A stretch of 47,730 nt of DNA, counting the filler, from Sphacelaria rigidula (lineage: Eukaryota): NCBI GenBank assembly GCA_964200075.2. It is 2 parts of 2 records of this genome, joined end to end, with 100 filler letters (N's around TTAATTAATTAA, not from the genome) between each part and the next. Parts side by side here need not be neighbours in the genome. Positions count along the whole stretch, not along the records: positions 23,921 to 47,730 come from CAXNAA020000246.1; 1 more part is not named here. One strand, given 5' to 3'. This document shows, piece by piece, positions 23,921 through 36,500 of this stretch. Each line of letters opens with the position of its first letter. Position 1 is the stretch's first letter. Both the position numbers and the translations under genes were made by a program. The notes beneath the pieces were generated by a model, which was given only the letters and a program-made list of their open reading frames with translations, had not been told where the DNA came from and searched no databases.

Positions 23921-24454
23921 GGGGGGGGGGGGGGGGCATACTCATTTGTTGCAGTCAATGGGGGGAGGCGACACGACACAAGTGTGTACATGTTAAGGGG
24001 GGTGGCGGGCTTGCGTTGTACAGTAGGTGTTGTGCAGTAGGCATGTGTTGACCTTGCTCACGCGATTGATAAAGTAAAAGCTGCTGAGAGTGAGCTAGCT
24101 ACATGCACATCGCGAGACATGTTCTCGTTTTTTTGCTCAACGGAAACCAGCTTCGTCTCCCCGTACGAACCCGAACCCTTGCATCTCATATGTAGATCCT
24201 TCATGAGGAAGAATTCACCATCATCACGGGCACACATATGGTTATGGTACCAGCTACCACCTGCATGATAACACAGCATTACAGTCGTGCCACAATCACA
24301 CAGAACCGAGGTCATACCTCATGCACCAGCACCCCGTACCACTGCCTCGAGGTAATCTTCTGTGATCAAGGTGCAGTTGGGGAGAGGTGGCTGTTAGAGC
24401 AGTAGAAACGCAAACACATCGCCACCGCACACAGCTTAATCTCAGACGCCAGAC

Positions 24455-27400
24455 TCACTTGAGGTCGCGGATATGCTCTACCCCGTCCTGGTATCCAAGT
24501 TGCGCCGCCCACCGATTGTTCGCGACGGCACGAGCGCTCGCTGCCAGCCGGCGCCGGTTAGCCGCGCGGCTTTTGTCCGCCATTTTAGGCGAGCAGAAGC
24601 GCACGCCCTTTGGCAACGCCGCCAGGGCGCGAGTCACGGCATCGCTCCCTCCCCCCCCACCGCCGCCGCCGCCATGACTATTCCTGGAATTAGTACAGTT
24701 GGTGTTTTTGGCGTTTTTTCCGGGCGGGATACGGTTGACTTTGCTGCTCCCACTCTTGCTGTTGAGGGCGGAAGAGAATATTGATGCCTGCGTCTTCTGT
24801 AGGATTCCCGCTGCTGGTGTTATGGCTAGTCTAGCGGCGGGCAGAATCTCCAGCTGAACGGAAGTACACAGCAAAAAGTGGGTATGAGAATGTGTGGGAT
24901 GGTGTGCGGATGCGAAAGCGTCAGAGAGCGGGGCGGCTGCCGTATGGAGCGGAAGTTGTGGGGGAAGGATTAGGAGGGCGCATTTGTTGGCGACAGAAAT
25001 CACTTTCTGCCTTGCTGGCTTTGGGGGGAAATGTGCGTACCGTCTGAGACTCATGTTTTCTCCAGCGCTCCTTGGTTCTCCTCCCGAGTGGTGAACAGGC
25101 AACAAGGCTTTCAAGTTCGCTTCGGTACCGTGTTCTTTCTTCGCGTTTGGACGGGGAAAACGTACTTACACTGTACGCATGCTTGACTAACAAAAGCAAA
25201 CTAAGGGGGAAAATTACAGACTACGGAGCAGGACGATACAAGATATGCTGGACAACCAATAAAACGAAAGGGAGGAAGGGAACGCGGTATAAAAGAGCTT
25301 CATAAGCGTGGATTTTCAACGCATGCCCTCCATCGAACACCACCTCCGATAGAACAGCATAGCGACCATAAGAAGACATCCCCTTGACACACCAACGCAT
25401 ACCTCGTCATCGGAGTCAGAGTCGAAAGACTCTTCGGAATCGCTTTGCTTTTCTTTCCTCCTCGATTCCGCAGCGGCGTCGGCTGCCGCCCCGCGAACAC
25501 CTTGCTCGTTCGTTCGCTCCCCTTGCTCCTTCCCCCCTTTCGTCTCCTCTTCGCTTAGCTCGGACTCCTCGTCCTGTTCCGATGCTTCGTCCGCGGCCGC
25601 CGCCGCTCGCTTGGCCGCGAGCTTCACAGCAGCGGCCGCGACCGCCTGTTCTTCCTTGGCCGCTAGCTCGTCCCCAGCCTCCCCTGCTCCGTCTACTCTG
25701 CAGCTGACGTTTTTTTCAACCGTAACCGCCGCAGTTGCTGGCCCGCCCAATAACGCTGCGCCCCTCACGCGTTCTTCGTCGTCATGGCCATCACCGTCTT
25801 CACTGACACCGTCGTCTCGTAAAACGTCTGCATCATCCTCGTCCACCATGCCCGCCGCTTTGCGAGCTTCGGCCTTGAGGCGTTTGAGCTCCTCCTTGGC
25901 AGAAGCGGCAAGGGCGGCGTGCACGCGGGACTGTCTCTCCTTGATCTTGGCCAGTAGGGTTCCCTGCTGCGCGCGAGTGGCTTCCTTGAGCTGCGCGGCG
26001 TCCATGACCCTGAGGGCATCAAGCTGGCGCTGGCGCTCCTCTGCGATACGCTTTCTTTCCTTCATTTTTTCCTCGTTTACGTCCTGTGTGTTCATGCATC
26101 ATCATGCCCCGAGCAGGAAAGGGAACGGACGCCAAGGGAGTAACGAACAAACGGTGCGGTGAACATGAGGGGTGTTGACCACATCCGACACATACGCGTG
26201 TGGATTCAACAAAAACGAACGGCGGGCGTTGTTGGGCGGAGGAGAAACTGCCGTTCCACGCACCCGTACGTAACAATCTTTGCTATTGTATCCGTGTGTA
26301 AGCCGTCCGGGAGCTGTGCCTAAAAGTATCTTAGTATAAGACGCCGGCACCGTGTCTGCGTGATGTGGCACGAAAATGCACCACTGGCAAAAAAACAAAA
26401 ACAAGTCGCGCTGTCTTGACGCCACCGTGTCGAGTATTCACCCATCTATTTCTGATAAGACTTACATCAAGCTCCTCTTGAACGACAGCCTTCGCGGCAG
26501 CCTTCGCCGCGCGATCACGAGAAGCTGCGGGCCCGTTGGCAAATTCCTCATCCGAGTCTACCAAGCCTGACAAGCCGTCCTTGTCACCTGCTGCACCCCC
26601 GGCCGTCTTTTTCTTGCCGCGTTTACCCTTCCCAGCGTTCAGCTTGCGTTTGGCGGCGGCGCCGGCTTTCTTCGCTGTCTTCTTCGCTTTCGCGCGACGC
26701 TTTCCACTACCGCCAGAGCTGAACCCACTCGACCCCGCGCTGCCCTTAGAGCCAGAATCAGAGCTCGAAGTACGAGAGTTATCATCAAGCTCCGACATGA
26801 CAGAATCCTTGCCTTGATCATCACCAGATGCTCGGCCTTCTCCGCTCCCACCACCACTGGTCAATTTTTGCTGCTTCTTCCGCCGGTAGGACATCTTTTT
26901 CGCGCTGTTGCTGTCGGCGGCACCAGAGTCAGCGTTGTCGTCAGATGAATCCTCCGAGTTGGACATTCTACCCTCCGCTGCAGCCGCCGCCGCCGAACGA
27001 GCCCCGCGGACCGTACGTTTGAGCTTTGCCAGCGCGAGAGCACGCCGGGCAGATGTCGAGCGTGCCTTCGGGCGTGGCATGAGGGAAGCGGGGGACGACT
27101 GAGATTTCTCCTCCGCGCCGTCGTCGGTCTCTGAAGAGTTCGACGCAGATGAGTCTTCTCCTGTGTCATCGAGCGCCGGTAGGACCGGCAGCTGCGCTGC
27201 GTCGTTGCCATCGGCCTCAGATTCCGATGATGATTTGTCAAACGCGTGCTCGTTCGTTTCGCCATCATCGTCTTCGCCGTCGTCATCGTCGTCGTCGGCT
27301 CCAGAGAGTGATGCCAGCGTCGCGGTTGCGACGGCAGCGGAAGCGGCGTGAGCGGCGGCCACGGCGCCTATTATGGCGTCACCATCGGACATATCGCTGT

Positions 27401-30102
27401 CTCCATTGTGTTCATCTTCCGCGCCACTGGGTTGATTGCTGCTGTTGCTGTCGGGCACTTCCTTTGCTGCGGCACGGTCCTCCACGGCCGTGATGATCAC
27501 GTCCTTTACGAAAGCCTTGCGGTTCTCTAAGTTGCACGAGAACCGCTCCTCCATAACGCGGCGGATCTGATTTGTTTTTTCGGAGTTTAGTGCGTCGAAA
27601 ATAAAGAATGACAACGTAATTAGGCCAACCACTCAACACGGGACATGGCAAAATTGTTAGCGGGAAACTAGCCTGTCTCACAAATTCCCCGTTGTGAGGT
27701 GTGCTGATTCCAAGATGCCGCGATATATCAACTTCAGGTACACCATTCAGTGAGAAATACGTTCTTCATGGCGGTAATCTCGAGAGTGGCGATATGAAAA
27801 GGTATCAACGCAAAAGGGTCAGGAATTCTGCATTCGCTATCAATGTACACAACATATCCTGTTGAGCATTCGCCACGTAAAACACGCGCCATGTTGATTC
27901 GTTCATGTGCCCTCACCGCCCTGGACAAAAGATACAAAGTTTGAAAACAAAGAGGGAGGCTACCAGCTGCAACATGGACAGCGCCATCACCACAGTGTGC
28001 AGAACCTCACATTTTTAGCGGTGATGCTGCCCAGATCAGCAGTCCCTGCGACCACCTCACGAAGTGCCTTCCGCAACATGTCGTCCGTTGGCCCATCATC
28101 GGCTCCGGCCTCAGGATCATCACGACTTTCTCCATCACTGCCACCACTGCCACCATCACGAGCGTTATCGCTCTCGTCCTTGCCCTTCAACAGTGCGGCT
28201 GACGAGACTTTCACGGCTGCGGCACCAATGGAAAGGGGTGGACTATCGCCTTCGGGCGTATCTGAGAAGCAACAGGAGCACAGATGGGACACGACTGTTT
28301 GAATTCGAACCATTCGGAGCTCAACAGATTGAACGGAGTGGCACGTGCTCTCCTTCAGCCTGTCGCCAAAATATACATACTATATCTCGTGTGCTTTTGG
28401 TGGTGAAAAGTACGCCCTCATCCAACCCGAACACCTCAGCCGTAAAGACATAGCTTTAACGCCCCTTGGGGTGACAATCAAAGCCTGGGTCTTCACCTTC
28501 GATGTCCATCGCTGTTCCTAGCTCTGTATCGTCTAGAATTTGACTGGAAGACCATGGAGGAGCCTCCTCGTCGGAGGGCGTCGTTGTGCTTGCGGTGGTG
28601 TCGAGCGAAGCCTTCCACATCTGGATCGGGGGGAGAAAATAGGTGACGAATATGGCGGGAGTGGGAAGGGGGGTAGAAGATTGTGAGTAGGCACCTAGAC
28701 TGATGGCCCGTTTCCTCAGCGCACAGGCCAGAACTGGCACACAAACGCCTGAAATGTGCAACAGTACAGAATTGTATTTTAGGAAAGACTACACTCTGCA
28801 CTCATCAGTTGAGTCGCCCTAGCTGCACGCGACAGCCCGTCAACTGCGGTTTGCATTTATCGATCGAGTAGACTGCGTTCGACAGAAGGGCAAACGACAC
28901 GATCAAGTATTTCAGCGGTACTGTACAAATACAGTAAACAGAAACACTTGCGGACCACCTGTAGGCACAGGCTTCAGCGAAGCAAAATGGGAGAACCGCG
29001 CTTCACCCTTTGCCTACTTGAACACACGAGCTAAATTCCCACACAGTTGGGTCAGGCATCCTGCCAAAGCAGAGGATGTCAGATTGCTCTTTGCCAGCGG
29101 AAACGTTTGATAGGGTATACTGGTTGGAGTTGAGGTTCGGACGGTTTTACTTCCGCTGCAGGATGATGGCGGGAAGACTCGTTCATGCGAATAACCAGAT
29201 TCCGGTACATCTCTCCGGGGAAATAAATGTGGAACGGGTATACGTGAGGCTTTCACCGGCACAATCAGATAGCCCAGCTACTCGGTCGATCATCTCGCAG
29301 ATTATTAGTGAGGCTGTACCTGCTCTTGGTCCGAAAGTGGACGATATGTCCTATCGTGTCCTTTTCCCTCAGTAAAGAGCTTGATTGATGTTTGTGTGTA
29401 TTCTTCCACGTTTACATATAGCGCCTGTAACCCGGAAAATCTGAGTCTACGACAGCGCTCCTCTATCGCTACCGATATCCTTGAACTGACCATGAATGGC
29501 GCCCGCCACGTTCGTAGATATGTGCACGCAGGGGAATATGATACGGCCGTGCGGCCGTTGTGCTCGCCGATGCAACAGTCGGGACAACAGTGCTGTGGAG
29601 TACAAAACACAGTACAGTACAGTACAGTACAGTAGTAGACAGTCCGTATCTCTCTGCAGGTACGTATCGCAAAAATTCAAATCTAAACCGCGTCAACAAC
29701 AACGAAACCGGACCCCGAGATATACCTCCCCATGTGAATCATGTGTTGGCGAGAATCATCAGCAACAAGAACTGAGAGCAGCTGAAGCCATACCTTTCCG
29801 TTCACAATAGCAGCACTAGCTTGTTGCTGCAACTCCTCCTCTGTCACCACATGCGGTTCGTCGCCTTTCCCACTGCTACACCCAACCACGCTGGGCGGGG
29901 GCGGTAAGGGTAACGGCTCCACGACGTTCTTACCCTCGGCCCTGCTGCTGGTGCCTGCGGTCACCGTGGAAGTGATACAAGATGCTGACGAGAGCTCTAA
30001 AGCAGAGGAGGCTTGATCACTGTGCTCACCAAGGTTTTCCATGTCCATGTGCTGCGGCACGGTGTCCTCGAGCATAGAGTCTGCTTCGTCTTGGGGTGTC
30101 AT
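24455..30102 (-). CDS. Large acidic/low-complexity nuclear protein with a DEK C-terminal (DEK_C) domain, at least ~950 aa; 3' end uncertain
   Basis: Phase-compatible GT-AG exons: 29794-30102, 28497-28620, 28011-28261, 26466-27566, 25403-26083, 24455/24459-24853. The spliced segment PTDDMLRKALREVVAGTADLGSITAKN|IRRVMEERFSCNLENRKAFVKDVI fits DEK_C. It also has D/E/S-rich tracts, K/R-rich NLS-like tracts and a coiled coil (EEKMKERKRIAEERQRQLDALR). The last exon ends either at TGA 24455-24457 or at an overlapping AA|GTGAGT donor. Confidence 0.8.
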
Positions 30103-30535
30103 GGACTATGTCGTCTTACCCAGTAGATGGCGCGTAAACGTACCGTCTCAAGTTGATCCCACCGTTGTTGCTGCTGCGTGCTGTCGCAAAGGCAAATGAA
30201 ACACAACACGGCTCGGCCAGTCTTTGTTCCGTAGGGTTTTTACTACTTCAATGGTAGCACACGATGGCCCGCTCGGTGTTTGGTCTCTTGATACACTCCC
30301 ACGCACGAATTGCTGTGGTTGTTCCTTCCTCCCACTACCTGGGAGGTGAAAGATGAGAGCTGTACCAATTTTCATTTTAAATTATGCAAATCCCTCCTTA
30401 CCCGATGGAAAAAACCACACTAGCTCGCTTTGACAGAACCAGACCCATTGATGTGGATGTGAGAAGGAATAATTATGGGCGAATGTGGTGCGTTCATGTT
30501 ATATGCTTGTGGCATTGCTTGTTGGCGAGAAGACC
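30103..30535. promoter_or_regulatory. Probable bidirectional promoter, DEK-C gene and plastid membrane protein gene
   Basis: 433 bp between opposed ATGs. Confidence 0.55.
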
Positions 30536-33500
30536 ATGTCTCCTTACATCACGTTGGGAGCCCACCTGTTCGTATTTTTTACCGGACTAGTATTATCTTG
30601 TCATGCATTTGTTGTCTCTCCGCGATGGTCCCCTGCACCGCCGACAGTAGCGCGCGGAATGAGCCGAGGCATGAGGTGCGTAACTGAACGCGCGCGTATG
30701 ATTCTCGTAGTCAGTCGGTAGGTGAGGATGGCGGGAGATACATGGTGAAGCTTCCAGATTGTCGAGAGGGAACATCTCGCAGTTCCGAGACTCCGTTGTT
30801 CGCGGAATTCCTGAGATGTGGTTTATTGACACAGCTTTCGGTGGCGTTGCAGCCGTACTTCGAGAAGATCAAGATTGAAAAAATGTCACCTACGGGGGTG
30901 TTATATGTCGTTGCTTACTGTATGAACTCTCTGTTATGTGGGTACACAACAAGAGCAATGACAACAGTACGCAACGACTGTTGACTTTTGTCTGTAGCAG
31001 GGGACAAATTCAAGACAGAGCTTTAGCCACTATGTAGAGTGCCCCCACGCATCTCATCTTTTCGTACTCGATCAGTGAAAATGGTGTGCAACGACGGCTC
31101 TCCGAGTGTAGATCTGCACACGGTGTCATGTGCTGATGCACGCGTCCACTGGCGGCGCACAAATACATCACAGGCAGACTCCGTCTCCAATGAGGCACGA
31201 GCTGGGCCAGCCTAGACACGGATTTAAGCTCTCAAAGCAATATCTCGTCGACACGGACGAGTTGGGCCATGATCCGCATATTGTATTAATCGTCTAACCA
31301 AGCTTAAACCAAGTGGAAGGTGCCCATCTGCTCAAAATTGTGAGCCCATATTTTCTCGTTGATTAAACCCCACGTCGAGTAATTCCTTTACCTAAGGAAG
31401 ATGGCGTCTATACTAAAATCTCTATGAACCCCCCGATCGATGCATTCAGCGGATATTGACGAATTTTGGTGTGGACATTCCCTGGAGCACGGGGAGACGA
31501 TAGATACCCTCACCTTCACCTAATTCGTAATCTATCTCGAGATATAGCACACATAAGTTTAAATACTAAAACCAGTATATTACGAGCAGATGCGCTAAAA
31601 TAGCTAAACCTGGATATCGCGTCTCAGTTTTTGAGAGTTATCCTATAAAATTTCGTATGGAGAACCGCTAGTGCCTAATGAAGCTTATGAACACAGCTTT
31701 TCCAATTTTTTCGTTTTCTTCTCATTTTTTTCGCGTTTTTAGTTTTGAGGAGAAATGAAGACTGCTTACGCGCCTTCTCTCATTTTTTTTGCTTAATTCT
31801 TGGAAATGTAATTTGAAACTCAGGGTAAAGAACCACAGAGGTATGCTGAGTGAAAAAAAAATGGGCCCTCATTTTTTGGTGGGGGAGAGGTTCGGGCGTT
31901 CCCGTAAAACAAAGGCGGTTTCCATGGTAAAATGCCCTAAATCAGTGAAAAAATAAGAAAAAATCAACCTGACCCACTTTGTTTCGTCAATTATGCCCTA
32001 GCCACGGTCCACACAAAGTTTCAATACACAAACCCCAAACGTGGGCCGGTAAGTGGCCTGCAAAATAATGTTCCGAATTTCTTCTGACCCCGTCACTCAA
32101 GAGCCCATTATACGGCCAATACTTGGAGTTGGACCCTAAAATTTGGTATGGACAATGAAATAGGGCATAATAAAAAAAACTACCAGTGCACACAAGTTTT
32201 TTTTTTTTCATGAGTTGAGGGTAATAATCAGATTTCAGATATCGGTAAAATGCCCCTGACTCATGGTTAACGAAAAAACTCTTGTGTGTGCACTGGTAAT
32301 TTTTTTTATTATGCCCTATTCATTGTCCATACCAAATTTCAGGGTCCAACCCTAAATATTGGCCGTATAATGGGCCTACAAACTACAGCATCGCTTCTCG
32401 GCTAGCCCAGCCCGTACATACAATATAGTACAATATCGTGCGGCCTTTCCTCGCCGACTCTGCAAATAGCGCCGATTATTGGAGCACTTTGACGATGGTA
32501 CAGTAAAGCTCGCGGGCTCCCCGTGGTAGTGACATCGTACACGTGGACGGTACTCACGAAGAGTGCAGTGCACCTGGTGCGCATAAGCGTTTGCTGCCGC
32601 TCCAATACATTCTTCGAATTATGATTGTATATGTATCACTCCCTTCAAGTATCTCCCCGCAAAGGTACAAGAAATTAGATACGACGATGGACACGATTTG
32701 AGCAGTCAGTTTCGCATCCCCACCCGCTCCTGACGACCCCGTTCACGACGAAGTTGACAACATTTCCGATTTTATTTCTCCGTTGCCCCTCAACTGCCAT
32801 GGTGCTGGCAGGCGTCTCGGTGCTACCCCAGTCGGTGTGGGGTCCCGGAAAACAACAGCACGACGGGCTTCAGCAGACGTTGCCAACGAAGGAAACGACG
32901 ACGACGACGACGATGTGTTGGTAGGCGACGTGAACCCGCCGCTGCCCGACGATTACTACCCAGGCGAAATAGGATATCAATGGAACAAAAAAAACGCCGA
33001 TGGGACCGATGTAGATAAATTTACGGACTACCCTATTAACCTTCCATCGTACTTGCTGCTGTGCCTAGCCACCGTGGCAGCCATCGCGTGCATTGGAAGC
33101 ATCTTCGAGGTCATCGGCAAGCATCCCCAGGTACTGCTAGGATGTGTTGTGGGTAAAGGCATTAACCAAGACTTACGAAGATGAGCGAAATGTAGGTTTG
33201 TCGTCTCGTGTGTTGCGCCCGCTCTACACGATGGAAATCGGAGTCACTTTTTTTTCTCATTTTTGCCCCTTTTCAACACACATTCCTCTCATGTTTATTT
33301 TTGTATCGTTGCACGGCGGTTTTCCATAGTGATATCCATTTTAATTCCCAGATTTGGAAAATGACCCCCCCCCCCCCCCTCCGAAAATCAGCGCCGCTGC
33401 TTGTTTCGTTCAGTCTGGAGCACACGCATTTCCAGTACTGCGCTCACCACGAGTTCACCGCATGTGGATATAATTTTGCTTTTTATTGGAGATAATAATG

Positions 33501-36500
33501 AAATTGGGTGCTTGCGCTGCTAGCTTGACACCAGGTGTTGGGATATGGATTGTCGGGCGTGGGCCCAAGCTGTTTCGCACAAAACTGTCGATTTTTTATA
33601 TTTCCATGTGGAAAATAGGGGAGAAGAAAAACGACGACAAGATACCAAATAATCCACCCCCCGTTATTATTGGTCCTTACCTTCAGGAAGACAAAATGGG
33701 ATGGTTCTCGTCAGGGCGGCTGCTTGCAGTTCGATGTGTCGGTTTCGCCACTACCGCTCCATGTAACCATACACGCAGCACAGCATTGGCTAGGGTCACC
33801 GTCGCACTCGTCGGAACTCCTTCAACTATGTGCTCAAATCCAACAAGCCATTGCTCGGCTCGCCTTTTAGCCGGAAATTGAACGACTTCTGCTCGCTGTC
33901 CATCACAAATACCTTCATAGTAGTCCCATAAAAAAGGCCTATTTTCATTTTGCTGTGGCCAAGAAATGTAGCTTTGATCATATTTCTCAAGGTTAGGTCA
34001 GGATCTGGAAGTGCGACCCCCCCCTTCCCCCCTAGAACCCTTTGTTGGAGCATATGAAGAAGTATTTATCACCAGCGCTTCCGTTTTGGATAATTTTTCC
34101 ACCATCGCTTCGCTGATTGTCGGGGGGGGCATTTTAGACGCGGGAATCAAACTTGCACTTTTCAATGCAACAATGTGGGGTGACAAAAACGTGCATGCAC
34201 GGCGACTGAGGTGGGCAGTGGTAAGGCGCACCTCCATCTAGCCCGCGGCGACTTCCTGAGAACATTTTGATCTCATCCACAAACTTGCTCCTCCTGGTTG
34301 CTACCTCTTTGCGCTACTTTTTTTGCGACAAATGTGTACGAGTAGCAGCGTTGAAGCGCTCACCATTTCTGGAGGAGATTGCAAGGGCAGGTCGGGTAAG
34401 GTATACCCGATATTGTTGGTACTGTATTTCGAAAAGTGGAAATCCGACCCATTTCCACAGCAGCAGCCAGCCCAGTGCTGTTGTTCCCCTCCCTAAAGTC
34501 CGTACAAGTCGTTGTGACTGACTTCGGCAGGTGATGTGCCACTTTTCAAACTACCAAAATGCCGAGCATACCCTACCCGACACGCCCTTGGAAGATGGCG
34601 GTAGCTGCGAGCCGAAGCAGTCTGATGCCATACTTCTAGTCGAATACTGCTTACACATACACTTCCTCTGTCCCACAAATAAGTCTGGGAACTTATGGGC
34701 ATTGGATCGTTTGGTGTTCAAACGTTGACGATCATCCTATGGTTGGGTTCGTTAAAAAGATGAATTGCAAACGAAGCTGATGCAAAAAACAAATCGAAAA
34801 CAAACATTTTTTTCATCACTAGAATTATGTCGAACTATACCCCCGTTTTGACTCTTTTTGATCTATTCATACCCCCATTATTGGCCGATTTTGGACGTTT
34901 TCACGTCGAGCACTAGCAGTTACATGCTAACGAAATGTTTGATGAGGCGTGCGTAGGTTAACATCACGGACATGTCCAAAATCAATGGTGGTTTTGCGAT
35001 TTTCAATTTTTCTGGCCCATTTTTCGCGATTTTGCGTGTTCTCGGGTCTCTCATGCTTCCCCGGGAAAACGAGCGAAAAATGGCCGTTTTTGGACCGACC
35101 TACTTTCTCTCGGCCGCGCGGCTGCATGGGTCAAGCACCCACGTTGTAGAGAGAGTGTTGGATTTAGCTCAAAACACTCAAGAATTCGAAAAAACAAACG
35201 AATATCATATCGGACACGGCTAAGGGGTCGCATAAACATAGGTTCCCAGACTTATGGCTCAGAGAAAGTATACGTGTTACACATATAGGTTGTACTGACC
35301 GTGCGGACCTTGATGGAATTGTTACGTTACCGTGTTTATCATGTGTGGATGCTGAGCAAAATCATCCATCTCGCGTTTGGTGTGTGTTGTCGTCCCATCT
35401 ATTCTGGACGCCAGTCTACACCTTTCGGTATATGTTGGCGCGCCAGCCGGGGTCACACAGGAGGAAGGTCAACACAGGAGTTTTTTGTTATTTTATTTGT
35501 TTTTTTGTACCCCATCGTCCTTCTGCGGCGCCTGCCTTTATTTTTTCATCGCAAGAGGGGTTCAGCAATCCCTTTCCCTCGTCGACCGTTACGTCGAACT
35601 TTGTGTACCCACGACATAGTCGCTCTCCACTGTTGGGCATGGTGTGACAAGAAAATCCCAGATCGCTCCGAGAACTGAACCCACGACCCAATCGTCAGAA
35701 GGTTTCGAGGTAACTAACTGAGCCACCGGGGCGACCGGTGGTACCCTGACAAATCAGCACGTGTTGCTCAGACGTAACAGCAACAAATCGCACAAGAGGC
35801 CCCTCGTCTCGAATACATCACCGCTACCACTAGTTAGACAAATCAGCCGTCACGAAGCGCTTTTCAGCTATGTCGTACGCGCGCGCTGGCTTATTTGGAG
35901 GCGCAAAACCTTTCTGCTCCGCCGGCGCCGACCCTCCTGTACTTTGATCCCAAAACTACCTGATAAGCTTGTACTCGTTTGACGTCCGCTGCGACCCCCC
36001 TCCCCCCTCGCTATCTTCACTCTGGCCCTCCTCCACGACTCCGCCTGTTTGCGCCAACCGTCAAATGCATAGTTGGAGCACACTTGATTTTTAGGTGGAC
36101 ACCCATCTCCGGATCTTGAAGAGGCAAATAGTGCGGGTGCTTATCTGCATGCGCAGCACGCGTTTATGCTAAAATCGGAGCTTCGCGTTACAATTAAAGT
36201 TGCGATTACGGTTTGACAAACGTCAGTCATGCATCAACCGTAGATGTTTTGCGACGAGTTGAGGTGAACTCCCCTCCCGAAACTCGGTCCCGGGTACTGT
36301 ACATACGGCTTACCGAATCCGTGCACGATGGAGTTTTGTTGTTGATTCCCCTCATCTTGGTCCCCTTGGCGCACGCTACGGTACTTGACGCCATTCCACG
36401 ACGGGGGCACACTGATTTCTAGCTACATCCGTCGACGTTGTCGAGGCATTTGAGCAACACGATCCCGACTTTTGGTATGGCTCAACAACTTTTGACGACG

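Noticed and set aside
25384..27530. Multiple plus-strand ORFs (also 38151-38576 and 42293-43248)
   Set aside because: Antisense shadows of GC-rich coding exons on the minus strand.
31290..32100. AT-rich block that may be a non-autonomous transposon
   Set aside because: No TIR, TSD or second copy could be identified.
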